DNA of 64,000 nucleotides from Octopus vulgaris (GCA_951406725.2 OX597828.1:77190001-77254000); one strand, 5' to 3'; numbered from the stretch's first letter, positions 1-13,881 are shown. Numbers and translations are program-made. The notes: generated by a model from the letters alone, not told the origin.

Positions 1-66
<66 letters not shown>
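1..66. repeat. (TAGA)n microsatellite abutting the 3' end of a non-LTR element
   Basis: Perfect TAGA tandem array from the window start. Confidence 0.95.
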
Positions 67-915
67 TGTTTTTATTATGGCCACACATGGCTAAACACAG
101 AAAATAGACGAAATACAATGTAGAGTTTTTCTTTTCGAGGTGAGATGGGTGGGACACATAAAAGAAAAAGTCCAATCAATAGGAATCGTTGGGCTGTGTT
201 ATGTACAAAAAAGGAAAGACATAAATATATATATAAAGTTCCAAAAAAGTGGGGACGATATTGTTTACAGTTTAGGTGTAGCCTTGGAAAGAAAAACCTA
301 CAAAAAAGACCAAGGTCACCTCAGGCAGTTCAAAATGTCCATAAGAGTAAGAACTTTTCCTCTCGTTTTCTCTTTTTGTTACAGATTTATGCTTAAAATG
401 GTCTCGTCTTTTATACTGACCATTCTTGCCACATTTACCCATTTTTTTATTGAAACTTTCATTCAACAATACTTTCCTCTCTATTCTCATCCTCCTTTTC
501 AAGTGGTACTTGAAAAAGTTGAGAGACTGACCAGAGAGGAAAGTGTTTGTTTGTAGGCCTTTCAAACGCATTCTTTCGCCATAGCTGTCAGTGTTACGAA
601 AAACGTTTTTCCTACCCGTTTAAAGGAAGGTTGCGGAACAATATTCACGATAGACTCGGTTGATAAGCGGACCCGTCCCACACGCGACACCAGCTGTTCG
701 ACGAAGGTCCACAGCTCTGAAATATCTGGACACTGCACGACTGCGTGCAGAACGGTTTCGTCGCTCTGACCGCATCTCGGGTACGTCGGTCCGGTGGTCT
801 TCGAACCGTGTCTGTAGCTCTTCTCTCGAACTGGTAGTGCGTCTCGATAGCATTGCCAAGCCTTCAAAGTAAGAGAATGCCCTGGTAGCGCTCTAGCCAC
901 TTCGTGAAAGCCTCA
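67..915 (-). mobile_element. Tx1/L1-like non-LTR retrotransposon, 3' fragment (zf-RVT and ORF2 C-terminus, 3' UTR), degraded
   Basis: ORF 562..900(-) 'WQCYRDALPVREK..RHG..YPRCGQSDETVLHAVVQCP' matches the zf-RVT C-x2-C...H-x4-C pattern (first Cys mutated). It continues after a frameshift into 'LKGLQTNTFLSGQSLNFFKYHLKRRMRIERKVL'. Confidence 0.8.
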
Positions 916-2261
916 TAGAGATCCTCCAAAGAGAAGGTTCTAGGACACTTTATCTTCAAAATGATTGCCCTGGCGTCCACTTTTAGCTTGGGGTGTAGCC
1001 ATAATTATCAGAAGGAAGATCTGGACTGTAGGGAGTTCGGATAATTGTTTTGATGCCTCTTTCTATCAAGTATTTGGTTAACCGAATGCTTCTCACTAAG
1101 ATTCCTGTGATCAAATTTTACACATATTTTACGAATGTTCTTCATGAATAATTCTGTGTACACAATCTCCAAACTGTATGCTTAATATCTTTATACGCAC
1201 ACGTCGGTTTTCGTATTTTCTCAAATAGATTTGATGATTAGACATTCCTCTCTCTCTCCTACACCTCTCTTCATTTCTTACTTCTCCATCGCCCTTGAAC
1301 CTCTTGTGCCAGCGAAAAAGTTAATCCATAAGTATTCTGGAACTTTCCATAAGTTTCTGTAACGTTTTAGCCCAGTTTAAATACGAAACTTTTTGCACAG
1401 CAAGTTCCCGAACGTTCAGACTTCATTCTGCAGTATTTAGTAGGTTTTATTCTATGTATTGTAACAGCTGTCTCCTTCAATAACAAAACTTTGCAGTTCA
1501 GCTTATTAAATGTGTAGAAATGATATACTAAAATTTTAATAATCAAGGACTGTTAAAACCGCCTCTTCAAAAGAGATCTCAAAACTTCCGTCATTCACCT
1601 TGTTTCTATCACCACTATTCTTCAACAAACTTCACAGAAATATCGTTTCATTTCACTATAAATAATTCCGCACGCATCTGATATTTCCTAGTCACCCTAC
1701 ATATATTATTTGATTGCTAAAAACAAACCAGCAAATCACAAGATACTGCTCCGGTCTCAGAGACAGCATTGTTGCTGTCACTGCTAAACACACGCACTCA
1801 CAAATAAACGCATATCTCTGATGACATCATAAAGTCCTCCAACAGAGTGACAAGCAACTGACTCATTGCAATGTTCGACACGTGACGCACTGTCCTCTTC
1901 TCTATTTCCCGATAAGAGCAATGGCTACTTTTACCACATACACACATAAATCCACCCGCTTATACCCGCTTCTTATCCAAACATCACCAGTTCTATGTCT
2001 CAGCAACCACACCACCGTCTCACCAGAGAACAGGACACTTCAAGCAAATTTTCCTGCGTGATAAACAAAAGGTTGAAATGGAATTATAACTGTATACCAA
2101 TCAAAATACACAAGATATGTGTGTGTGTGCATTGAATACACACGGACACAGACACGCGCGTGCACACATTAACACACAGACACATATGTCTGTATAAACA
2201 TATGTGTCTATATATATATATGTGTGTGTGTGTATGTGTATGTGTGCGTGTGTGTGTGTGT

Positions 2262-2590
2262 GTCTTCTCCTATAGCCTCGGGCCGACCAAAGCCTTGTAA
2301 ATGGATTTAGTAGATGGAAACTGAAAGAAGCCCGTCGTATATATATATGTGTGTGTATGTGTGTGTGTGTGTGTATGTGTGTGTGTGTGTATGTGTGTGT
2401 GTATGTGTGTGTGCCTGTGCTTCTCCCCCAGCATCGCTTGACAACCTATGCTGGTGTGTTTACGTCCCCGTAACTTAGCAGTTCAGTAAAAGATTTACAA
2501 AGAATAAGTGCTGGGGTCGATTTGCTTGACTAAAGGCGGTGCTTCAGCATGGCCGCAGTCAAATGACAGAAACAATTAAAAGAATAAGAA
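2262..2590 (+). mobile_element. tRNA-derived SINE family B, 5'-truncated, with internal (TA)/(TG) microsatellite
   Basis: Matches copies at 16232, 40200 and 55122: 'tcttctcctatagcctcgggccgaccaaagccttg..ggaaactgaaagaagcccgtcg..gtttacgtccccgtaacttagc..taaaggcggtgc..cagcatggccgcagtcaaatgac'. Confidence 0.85.
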
Positions 2591-2607
2591 AATAAAAGAA
2601 CATATAT

Positions 2608-3149
2608 ATGTATGCGTGTATGTGTGTGCGTGTATGTGTATGCGTGTATGTGTGTGCGTGTATGTGTGTGCGTGTATGTGTGTGCGTGTATGTGTGTGCG
2701 TGTATGTGTGTGCGTGTATGTGTGTGCGTGTATGTGTTTATTGCCATGATAGCACTTCATGTATGTGTGTGTCTTTATGTATGTGTTTTATGTTCGTGTT
2801 CGTGAGTGTGTGTGTGCGTGCACGCGCACGTATGCAGGTGTGAGTATGTGTGTGTGTGTGTGTGCCTGTGTGCGTCCATGCATGTGTGTGCGTCCATGCA
2901 TGTGTGTGTGTGCGTGCGTGTGTGTGTGTGTGTACCTGTGTGTGTATGTGCGTGCATGCATGTGTGTATGTTTGTGCGCTCGCGTGTGTATTTGCGTATT
3001 GATTAAATTTCTTAATTATTTGTTTCACTTGTCGATCTTCCGATATTTTCTCGTGAAGAATTCCTTAAATCACAAGCTGAAAATTATATACCCACTTCTA
3101 TACCCGCTCACGCGCGCATACATTTCTCTTTTGTTATCCACATATACAT

Positions 3150-3233
<84 letters not shown>

Positions 3234-3372
3234 TATAGATAGATAGATAGATAGATAGATAGACAGAGATAGATAGATAGATATACATATATACATATAT
3301 ATGCGCATGAGTATATACATGCATGTATACATTAATATACAGATAAATATATGTATATATATATATATATAA

Positions 3373-3431
<59 letters not shown>

Positions 3432-3560
3432 TACATATATATTATATATACATTCATATAAATAGATAGATACATTCATACATACATACATAAATATATA
3501 CATACATATATTATTATCATTATCATCACCATTATTTTGCTTACTATGCATATATGTGTG
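2608..3560. repeat. Compound microsatellite block: 14-bp GCGTGTATGTGTGT tandem, (TG)n, (TA)n, (TAGA)n
   Basis: Direct inspection; explains the overlapping HT/CV/YI ORFs. Confidence 0.9.
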
Positions 3561-4663
3561 TGTTTGCGTGTATATATATATATATATATATATTTATATT
3601 ATGATATACGACGTACTTCTTTATTTCTTTCATGTCAATTCACGATACGAGGAACTGGTCTTGAAGAGACACCATTCTGTGTGTTTTGACGCTTTCTTCT
3701 TGATATCAGCTAAGTTCATTCAACCTAACAATAACCATTTACTAAGAGTAGCAGACAAGATTCTTCAGTCGCCATTGTTGCTATTGACACAACGATAAAC
3801 TCTTTGTGAAGCGTCCAGCGAGTTGCACAGCGTTTGCAAGTTTTATAACTGCACCCCTAACGCATTGAACTTTTTTTTGTTTTTGAAACTGTATATGACG
3901 TCTCTGTCTTGAAATCTTTGAGTATTTTCAGCATTTCCGTCGGAGGCAAAGAATATTTGTGTTTGTAGTGTGAATGTAAGAATCTTGTGTTAATAAGCTT
4001 CTTTCTTTCTACGTTATATGTTCAAATATTGTCCAGTTTCTTTTTCTTGTTTGTTTTTTAGTGAAAATATGAAATATAATCTCTTCCTGTCTTGTCTGGT
4101 ACAAAAAAAGAAATACGTGTTTAAAAATGAGACTGGGACAGATTCACACGAGTGAGTGCTCAGACTTGAACCAAACAAAACTTTGGCGTTTAGCCTTGGT
4201 GAACGAAAATATATTGATTTTTTACTATGACATAAAACCTAAAACCAGAATATATTGGGAAGAGAAGTAGACGACAGTGGTGGTACTGTCAGTTAAGTCT
4301 ATCTCAAGAGTTAAATGTTATTTATTTCACTGACAACATACGTGGGAAATGCAAAGTAGCGCTCAGACGGATATTAAACTCAGGGAAATGTAATGGAGCA
4401 TTTAGGCCGGTGCTGCCATGTGGCCTTTGGTGAAGGATGGCTTTCAAGAAAGTTTATTTAAAACAACGTAAACAACATATAGACACTAAAACAACCGCCT
4501 GTATATATATATATATATATATTATGTGTGTGTATGTGCGTCTACATATGTGTATGTGTGTGTGTGTGTGTTTTGATTAAGTACATAAAGATGTGTGCGA
4601 ATATCAATATAGACGTTTAGCATATATGTGCGTGTATGTGCATGTGTGTATATATGCATATCA

Positions 4664-4705
<42 letters not shown>

Positions 4706-4714
4706 TAATTTTAA

Positions 4715-5045
4715 ATGCCGCTCTGTCAGTTACGACGACGGAAGTTCCAGTTGATCCGCTGAATGGAACAGCCTGCTGGTGAAATTAACATGAAAGTGGC
4801 CCAGCGCTCCACAGACATGCATACACTTAACATAGCTCTCAGTGAGATTCAGGTTGACACAGAGTATGACAAGACTGGCCCTTTGAAATACAGGTGGTAC
4901 TCATTGCTGCTACCTAAGTGGACAGGAGCAACGCGAAATAAAGTGTCTTGCTCAAGGACACGACGCGCCTCCGGGAATCGAACTCACGACCTTTATTTCT
5001 TACATGTCAATTGAAGATACCTTAACCACTATGCCGCGTGCCTGC
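4715..5045 (-). mobile_element. tRNA-derived SINE family C with CORE-like domain
   Basis: Reverse strand shows A-box 'cggcatagtgg', B-box 'gagttcgattccc', then CORE-like 'gtgtccttgagcaagacacttt...gtccacttaggtagcagcaatgagtacc'. A related head lies at ~16985-17100. Confidence 0.75.
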
Positions 5046-5065
5046 ATATATATATATATAGTATA

Positions 5066-5130
<65 letters not shown>

Positions 5131-5256
5131 TGTGTGCGTGTGCCTGTACATACGTATAGTTAAGACCAGTTCAAGTATGCTTGAGAGATATTTGAACCTG
5201 TAAATGCTTTACTCTGCAATTTGAGGAGAAGATTGTCTCCAGAGTATAATAAGGTG

Positions 5257-5660
5257 TGTTCAAACACCATAGTCAGCTCATGCCACCACCCCACTACTGG
5301 ACCGAAGGATGCATCTCGAACTCAGTATTTCGTGGTGTCTTAAATGAGAATTTTTCACAACAAACTGTAGTGAAAAGTCTTTACAGGTTCAAATACCTCT
5401 CAAACATAACTGAACTAGTCTTACATTTTTTTCGTTTTTTCCATGAATGCTCGCGCTCCAACTCAAGTGTTTGTTCCGGTTTGACAACTTGTGTTTGCCT
5501 TTGTTAAATGTTATTAACAGACGTTCGAAAAGGGAAGCACAACTTTGTAGTCAACTTAGAGCTACCTCTCTTAGTAACTGGTACTGAAGAGAACTAACGC
5601 GTTCTAAATTCATCTCTTCTCCCATAGAGAGCGGTCTGAGCTGAGTATGGTGTTTTGACA
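5257..5660. mobile_element. Candidate MITE with 24-bp terminal inverted repeats (TGT...ACA ends)
   Basis: tgttcaaacaccatagtcagctca (5257-5280) vs the reverse complement of 5637-5660, tgtcaaaacaccatactcagctca: 21/24 identical. No clear TSD. Confidence 0.5.
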
Positions 5661-6149
5661 GATTGAGAACTACACAACCAATTTCATTCAAATTTTACAC
5701 ATGCCTTACTTAAGGTCCGGGGAGTGTCATCGGCAAAAAAATCTTAACATTTTTCCCTAGGGCGACCCCACAACAATATCATATCTTCTCCACTATTTCA
5801 GTATTACGTGTTAAAAGTGAAACAAAAACATCTCTCTTTTGTAATGCAGACACTTTCACTTTAATACTAAAACTATTAAAGTGAAAGTATTATATAACAG
5901 GGATGAACCATTAACAATGGTCATCCATTTTGCTAGAAGAAGATCCGCTATGGTCTTATATGCTACACCACTGGTTTTCAATTCATATTAATCAAATTAA
6001 TATTCAATTTTTCACCCTTATTATGTGTGTGTGCGTGTGTATTAGCAATTCGTATAAAATTGCATCAATGACTTGAACTTGAATAAGTGGTTTCACATAA
6101 ATGGGGATAAATTAAAAAGGTTTGCTGTTATTATTATTACTGTTTGACT

Positions 6150-6525
6150 ATTGTAATCACGTTTGTTGGTTCCTCGTCAGGGAAACGTTGTTTTGTTGCA
6201 TTTGTTAAATAATTGTAAACCGTAACCCTCCCCCTTTCGGAGAAGGGGCTTTGGTTATTGTTTACAAATTGAATTGTGTCCCTGTTTGGGGAAATTGATA
6301 ATATTTTAACCGTCTTTACGGAATCATTTTTGTTAAAATGCCTTCGATAGAAGAAAGTCCCAAAATGAATTTCGCTGCAGCCGTACACTTCTATACAAGA
6401 GGGAGGACAAGATCCAATTGATCGAAATTGCAAGAGACGGGCCTACAATTCCAGTCTGTTATATATTTTGAGTATTGTTATCACTAGCGATATCAAGATA
6501 TAACTTTGTATTTTGTATTTTATGT
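6150..6525 (-). pseudogene. Possible heavily decayed Penelope-like GIY-YIG 3' end with hammerhead-core relic
   Basis: Minus translation 'TKLYLDIASDNNTQNI*QTG...CIEVYGCSEIHFGTFFY' loosely parallels 'SENIIYVIKCSGCHQDYVGSTG...HIEKCA..FLIFPFY' of the 34 kb element. Downstream is 'ctgacgaggaaccaacaaacgt'. Confidence 0.3.
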
Positions 6526-6619
6526 GTAGATGTATATATATATATATATATATATATGTACATGTAATATGTACACATATATACATGCATAATATATCTA
6601 CCCATACACACATACATAG

Positions 6620-6752
6620 GGGCAGGTGTGGCTGTGTGGTAACAAACTACGTTCCAAACACATGGTCCTGGGTTCAGTCCCACTGTGTGGTGACTTGGTA
6701 TGTGTCTTCTGCTGTAGCCTCAGACTAACAAAAGCCTTCTCAGTGGATTTTG
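6620..6752 (+). mobile_element. SINE family B 5' half
   Basis: 'gtggctgtgtggtaa...gggttcagtcccactgtgtggtgacttggtatgtgtcttct..gcctcagactaacaaagcctt' matches 16232 and 55122. Confidence 0.75.
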
Positions 6753-6879
6753 TACATATATACAGGCATACATACATATATATACTTGCATACGTACATA
6801 TTCAGCATAAACACTCTACAACTACAACTAATAACTGTTGGGAACACTTTCAAACCTGCCTTACATTCGAACCGGAATC

Positions 6880-9777
6880 TTAACGCCCGAGTTTTCCATC
6901 CGAAGTTAATCTCTCGCATGGAGCTCATACAAAAAGGGCCAGTCTTTGGGCTCATACAATGTGACATGTACACAATCGAGTGGCAAAAAAGGGGCCTTCC
7001 ACATGCTCATATCCTGCTTTGGCTCTCAGCGAAGATCAATTCCAATGACATCGACAAGATAATCTCTGCAGAGCTTCCTGATCCAGCTTTAGACAAAGAC
7101 CTATACGAAATAGTTAAAGCAAACATGGTACATGGTCCATGTGGGCGTAGATTCAACATAAACTCACCATGCTTGAAGGACAGCATATGTTCAAAAAGAT
7201 TTCCAAGGAGGTTCCTACAAGAAACTCAGACAGGTTCTGATGGGTATCCATCATACAGACGCAGAAAACCAGAAAACGGAGGTTTCACAGCAACTACCGG
7301 ACAGCACGATATTGATAATAGATGGATTGTTCCATACTGCCCACTCCTGTCAAAGACTTTCAATGCCCACATCAACGTTGAGTTTTGCAGCTCCGTTAAA
7401 TGTATCAAGTACGTTTGCAAGTATGTAAACAAAGGTTCTGGCGCTGCAATGTTTGGACTTCAACAAGAATACTGCCAGGATGAGGTGACGCATTTTCAGG
7501 TGGGACGGTACATAAGTAGCAACGAGGCTTTCTGGCGCATCTTTGGCTTTCCAATTCACCAACGACACACCGCCATTCAACAGCATGCAGTGCATCTGGA
7601 AAATGGTCAAAGAGTGTACTTCACCGATGCTAATGCTTCTCTGTTGGCAGATGAACCAAGGGATAGCACACTCACTGCATTCTTCAAGCTTTGTCAAGTG
7701 GATCCATTCGCTCAAACCTTGCTGTATTCACAGGTTCAATCGTACTACACTTGGAATGGAAAAAAATGGGCCCCACGGAAAGCAGGTCAAAATGTTCATG
7801 GATACCCTGGCATTAAGTTTCACACTTGCCTTGGGCGAGTACACACAGTGCATCCCACTCAACAAGAGCGCTTCTACCTTCGTCTACTACTGCATGAGGT
7901 CAGAGGGCCAACGTCTTTCCAGGCCCTAAAAACCGTTCATGGACATGTCTGCACAACATACAGAGAAGCCTGCTATCGACACGGTCTGTTAGAAGATTGT
8001 GCACAATGGGATGCAACTTTAGGAGAGGCTGCTTTATTACAATCCCCTAAAAGTCTCAGGTCACTATTTACAGTATTACTACAGGCATGCGAACTGTGTG
8101 ATCCGGCCACTCTATGGCTCAAATATAGAGACAACCTGGCTGAAGACTTTCAACGCCAAGCTCAACTGCTCTATCCTGACATGGAGGGTATCAGCAATGA
8201 AATCTATAACAGAACACTCATTGACATTGAAGACAGACATGCTGAACTGGGTGGAAATGAATTGTCGACGTATGGTCTGCCACAAGCATTCAGATCAGGG
8301 TCAAATAGCCTTCCCATTGCTGTCATTCGTGAAACAACCTACGACACTCAAGCGCTTTCAAAGTATATTGTTGAAAATGAGCCTAAATTACTTTCAGACC
8401 AGCTGCAGGCCTACAGAACTATTCTTAATAGTGTACGCCAACGCGAGGGACGACTCTTCTTCCTCGGGAAAAACATTTATTACAAAGCTTCTCCTTGCAG
8501 AAGTTAGGCAGCATCAGGACATTGCAGTAGCCTCCTCTGGCATTGCAGCTATTTTGTTACCCGGTGGCAGGACAGCACACTCAACTTTTAAACTCCCATT
8601 CAATTTAGCAGCATCCGAAATGCCTTCATGCAACATCAACAAAAGCTCAGATTAGGGACAAGTACTTAAAATGTGTCATCTAATTGTCTGGGATGAGTGC
8701 ACTATGGCTCACAGGGGAGCTTTGGAAGCATTAGATAGAGCCCTGAAAGACATCCGAGACTGTCAGGCTCCAATGGGAGGTGTAACGCTTCTGTTGTCAG
8801 GTGATTTCAGGCAAACTCTTCCTGTCATTACGAAAGGCACTAGAGCTGATGAAGTCCAAGCATACCTAAAGTCCTTTACCCTGTGGCATCATGTTACAAT
8901 CATCAGTCTCACCACTAACATGAGAGCTCAGCTACACGGCGACAAAATGTCCACAAAGTTTGCACAGGACATTTTGACACTTGGTGCAGGCAAGATGCCT
9001 ATCGATGCTGCAGGACAAATGGAAGCATGGTCATTTTCCTCTGTTGTTAATTCTGTAGATGACCTCAAAAACAAAGTATTTTCCAACTTCACACAAAACT
9101 ACCAAAATCACAATAAACGTCGCTGTTAACAAAATTAATCAACAGCTAATGCATTCTCTTCCCGGCACTATACACACTTACAAGTCTGTTGATACAATTT
9201 CAGATATAAATGAAGTTGTGAACTATCCTCCTGAATTTCTCAATTCAATGGAGCCTCCTGGACTACCTCCACACATATTAGCACTTAAAGTTGGAACTCC
9301 TGTAATGCTACTCCGCAATCTGGAACCACCAAAACTTTGCAATGGAACACGGCTGGTGATAAAGAAAATGATGTCACGCGTTATCGAGGCGATCAATCTT
9401 TCTGGATGTGGAAAAGGTGATGACGTCTTTATTCCAAGAATTCCTCTTACTCCATCAGGAGCAGAAATTCTATTTACATTCAGAAGACTGCAATTCCCCC
9501 TTCGTGTCAGCTTTGCCATGTCCATTAACAAATCTCAGGGTCAAAACCTCTCTGTAGCTGGTTTTCTCTTGGAAGAGCCCTACTTCTCGCATGGGCAACT
9601 GTATGTTGGCTGCTCAAGAGTAGGAACCAAACGAAACCTTTTTGTATATGCTCCACAGGAAAAACAAGGAACATTGTTTACAACGAGGTGTTATAATCTC
9701 AATAGCCAGGAGGTATATACATGATCCCCCTTTTTTTAACAAACTTCATGTACTTTCATGTATTTATATTAATATAC

Positions 9778-9811
<34 letters not shown>

Positions 9812-9885
9812 ATCCATATATATATTACAGAAAAGTCTAATTCTTCAATTGAATGTAACCGGGCAACGCCGGGTATCTCGGCTAG
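6880..9885 (+). mobile_element. Helitron (5'-truncated autonomous-type copy) with intact 3' terminus
   Basis: RepHel coding remnant, then 3' hairpin CCGG-gcaacg-CCGG (9859-9872) and CTAG (9882-9885) followed by T. Confidence 0.93.
6883..9720 (+). pseudogene. Helitron RepHel (HUH Rep + Pif1-family SF1 helicase), frameshifted
   Basis: Rep motif 2 'YTIEWQKRGLPHAHILLW', motif 3 'KYVCKYVNKG'. Helicase motifs 'VASSGIAA..LPGGRTAHS', 'LIVWDEC', 'SGDFRQTLPV', 'LCNGTRL', 'QFPLRVSFAMSINKSQGQ', 'FSHGQLYVGCSRV'. Walker A is deleted/frameshifted at ~8465, with a further break at ~9115. Confidence 0.93.
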
Positions 9886-9979
9886 TATTCAATAAAACAC
9901 GGGATGTATTTACAATTCAGTATAGAACAGTGAATGAAATTTAAAATTTCACCCCACACAACACTCTCTGCTGTCTAAA

Positions 9980-10019
<40 letters not shown>

Positions 10020-10024
10020 AGACA

Positions 10025-10620
10025 GAATAACGATATAGAAACAATCCATTAATTCATAAACCTCAGCTTCATCAGCAAACAGTAAGTCAACTATTATGTT
10101 TATCGTAAAACAGCAAACATGTCCTAGTTTACATAACACCGTTAATGTCTGAATCACTAATTGGAATAAAACATCCACCGATTCTAAAGGGATTTACTTC
10201 TAGACGTATATAATTCCACTATATCGAACTGCATAAATTTCCAAAACTGCTTATTACTGAAACCAGAGAGAAGTGACCAATTCCGAGAGAAGTGACCAGT
10301 TCAGTGTAAAAGTGATTGAATCTAAACTATTTTTTCTGGTCATTTCTGTCTCACGTCTCCTAAAATATATTTATCTGCGTTTTGGTTTGGCAAGAAAATT
10401 AACTTTATAATCTTTAAGAGTAATGTATGCGTTACGTAGCGCTAAATGTTCTAACGTATCTTTCATTCCTAGAATGACAGCGATTTCTTTTGCATCTAAA
10501 TCAATAACATGATAAGTGGCAGATACTGTATTTCGTGCAGACATTAGAAATATTGCGAAGAACTTGTTTTCGGTAGATGCAGTTTTGTACATATTTCTTT
10601 TATTGTCACCGAAGCACCAT
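10025..10620 (-). pseudogene. Decayed Penelope-like element reverse transcriptase fragment (family distinct from the 30-34 kb element)
   Basis: In order on the minus strand: 'IDLDAKEIAVILGMKDTLEHLALRNAYITLKDYKVNFLAKPKRR' (cf. AFITLKDHKxNF..PKCRLINP), 'KFMQFDIVELYTS' at ~10240-10202 (cf. FIQFDIVEFYPSI) and 'FADEAEVYELM' (cf. SFDGAEVCELVG). Confidence 0.65.
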
Positions 10621-11016
10621 ACTCCCTTAATCTTCATGTCTCTTTCGCCACAATTCCAGTCTTATTCCTATAAGAAACTTACTTATAAAGTACGCCTCAC
10701 GTGGTTCCGAGTAATGCTGTTTCAGAAATAAAACTCGTTGAAAATTCGAAGTCTGTCAACTTTTTAAAAACAAATAAATTTGTCTCCACTTAATGTATTG
10801 CCTCTTTTTCTTCAATAAAAGTCCAACTTTTTAAACTCTAAAGAAGATAGCATTTAAATTCAGATACACACACATATATGTATATATACACGTATATATG
10901 TGCATATACAAATTTATACATATATATATATGTGTGTGTTCATGTGTCTGTGTATCTGTGTGTGTATGTATAACATAGACACATTTATAAATGTATGTAT
11001 ACACAGACATTTAAAT

Positions 11017-11083
<67 letters not shown>

Positions 11084-11193
11084 TACATATATGTGTATAT
11101 ACATATATGTTTACAATATACATAGGTACATATATGTTATATATTTGTGTATACATATATATGTGTGTGTGTGTGTGTTTCTGTGTGTTTCTG

Positions 11194-11224
<31 letters not shown>

Positions 11225-11619
11225 GTGTGTGTGTGATTGTGGGTGTGTGTCGGGGTGTTAATGATATAAATAGCGGTATGAATACCTACACCTATACATT
11301 AGTGGCCTGCAGCAATCTAACATTGTTAACTAATAGCTGAGCTGTCGGACATACTTCCGCTGCTAATGATCACTTAATAAGTTGTAAAAAAAGAAATACA
11401 AGCCATTCAAAAAGGAACAGCATTCGACATGTCAGCGTACAATACACAAGTGTCCTATAATGGAGCCCTTAAGCAGACAGTATGGCTAGCTATCACTCGG
11501 TGGTGGCCCTGGTGTCGGTGGTGATGGAGAAGTTTTTGTCTTCGCAATATGGCTGACTCTGTCGATAGTGCTTCTTAATTACATTTTTTTTAATACTGGT
11601 TTTGTTAGACTATAAAGCC

Positions 11620-11690
11620 GAATGCTGTTGTGGTGATTGTTGTAATATATATTGGTGCTATAAATGTACTATTATTATTATTATTATTAT

Positions 11691-11731
<41 letters not shown>

Positions 11732-12290
11732 ATTATCGTTGTTGTCGTGGTTGTGGTAGTAGTGGCGGTAGTGGTGGTGGTGGGGGGGTGATGGCCGTGG
11801 TGGTGGTCGCGGGGGTTGATGGTGGAAATGGCAATCATTATTAGAAAAATGTTAAGAAATTCACACATAAGATGGTGATGATGATGATGATGATGAGGAG
11901 GAGGAGGAGGACGACGACGACGATGGCGACGATGATGACGACGAGGTTGGCGACGTTGATGGGGAACAAGAGGAGCGTGGTAATCATCAACTCGATCACG
12001 AGAAGGACGACGATGATGACGACGATTCTGATCATGATGATGATGATGAGGAGGAGGAGGAGGAAGGAGAAGATCAGACGCCGATGATAACGATGATCCT
12101 GATCATGGTCATCATGGACACGACCATGATGATGACCATGATGGTTATGATGTTCATGATCATGATGACAACGATGCGGGTGACGGTTGCGGCGGAGGGG
12201 GCGTTGAAGATGGCTTTTTGTCGCAATGGTCGTGGTGTAGTAGTGGTAGTAGTTTTAGTGCTCTTATTGCTGTTATTGTTATTACTATTA
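11620..12290. repeat. Compound trinucleotide low-complexity tract (ATT, AGT, GGT, GAT, GAG, GAC)
   Basis: Direct inspection; yields the poly-S/M/R/T pseudo-ORFs. Confidence 0.9.
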
Positions 12291-12348
12291 TATATGTCTG
12301 TGTATATGTATGTATATGTATGTATGTGTATATATTTACATATGTATA

Positions 12349-12428
<80 letters not shown>

Positions 12429-12898
12429 TATACATATACATATGCAAGGGTATATAGATATACATTTAGATAGATAAACATACTGATAGACAGACAGATA
12501 GATAGATAGATATGTACATGTGCATACACAAATGTATATAATATACAAGCATATGTGGGCGCATTTATCAATGTGTGTGTGTGTATGTGTGTGTGTGTGT
12601 GTGTGTGCGTGTGTGTGTGCGCGTGCGTGTGTTCTAATAGAGGGTGAGTGAGCGATGAGAAAGCAGGGTGGTGCCTAAAACAAAAATATACAGAAGAAGA
12701 AGGAACATGGCTGAACGTGGCAGCTGAGTGAAAGTCTGGGAAAGAGTAAGAAGAAAACGAGAAGGGAATGAAAGAGGAATGAGATGAATGCCAAGAAGGA
12801 TATATAAGTGACAGGAATGGAAAGAGAGAAGGAGAGAGGCGGTGTGGGGTGGAATGGTAAAGGTGGAGAAAAAGATTGAAGGAAACGCTGAATGAGTG

Positions 12899-12940
<42 letters not shown>

Positions 12941-13806
12941 AGAAAGAGAAGTGGGTTGGATGGGTAAAGGGAAACAAATATGTAAGCATTATTACTAAAT
13001 TGATCATCGTTCGATATTGATTAACAAGTAGCTACTTCATGGAATCTAGTTACTGGGTGCTTTTGAGCGTGTGTGGGGTGGGGGTGGGGGTGATTTTTTT
13101 TTTTGTCCTTTTGTGGTTTTGTAATTTCTTATTGTTTCTTTTTGTATTTGTCTTTTCTGTGTTTTGTTCTTGTTCTTGTTTTGATTTTGAGATTTTCTTT
13201 CTTCTCTTCCCATTCAGAAGGAGTCTCATTTCGACATACCAACACACCACCAAAACACACACATCTTTCAGCCCTACTCCTCTCCGTTTCCCGTTTCCCG
13301 TTTTCACGTTACCCCTTTCGCTTTCCCTCGTCCCTCACACCAAACCAATTGGCTCCGTTCTATTACCTTACTAACTGTTAATTGCTGGTACAACACTTGG
13401 GTTGATTATTAATTGGTTTGTCGTTAACATGCAGTCGAACGCTTTTTTGTTGCTGGTTTTTCTCTCTGTTACTTTTGTTTTTCCTTTCCACTTTATTTGT
13501 ATCACTTATGCACGTTTTATTAATTAGATTGCTTCCGTATTGTACTCATAAATGTGTGGGCTGGTGGTCTTTTGCGCGTGGGTATGCATATTTTTGTATC
13601 TTATATATTCACATATATACACACATATATACGTATATATATTTGTGTATCTATTCAGCTATACATGCATATAGATAACTATCTACATGCTTATGAATAT
13701 ATATCATATATATATATATATATATATATACATACAAGCTTTCTTGATTATAGATATATAAATACATATATGTGCATATTTATATATGTATATACATGCA
13801 TGTATA

Positions 13807-13881
<75 letters not shown>

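Noticed and set aside
10265-10302. 18-bp direct repeat GAGAGAAGTGACCA(A/G)TTC
   Set aside because: Local tandem duplication inside a dead PLE fragment.
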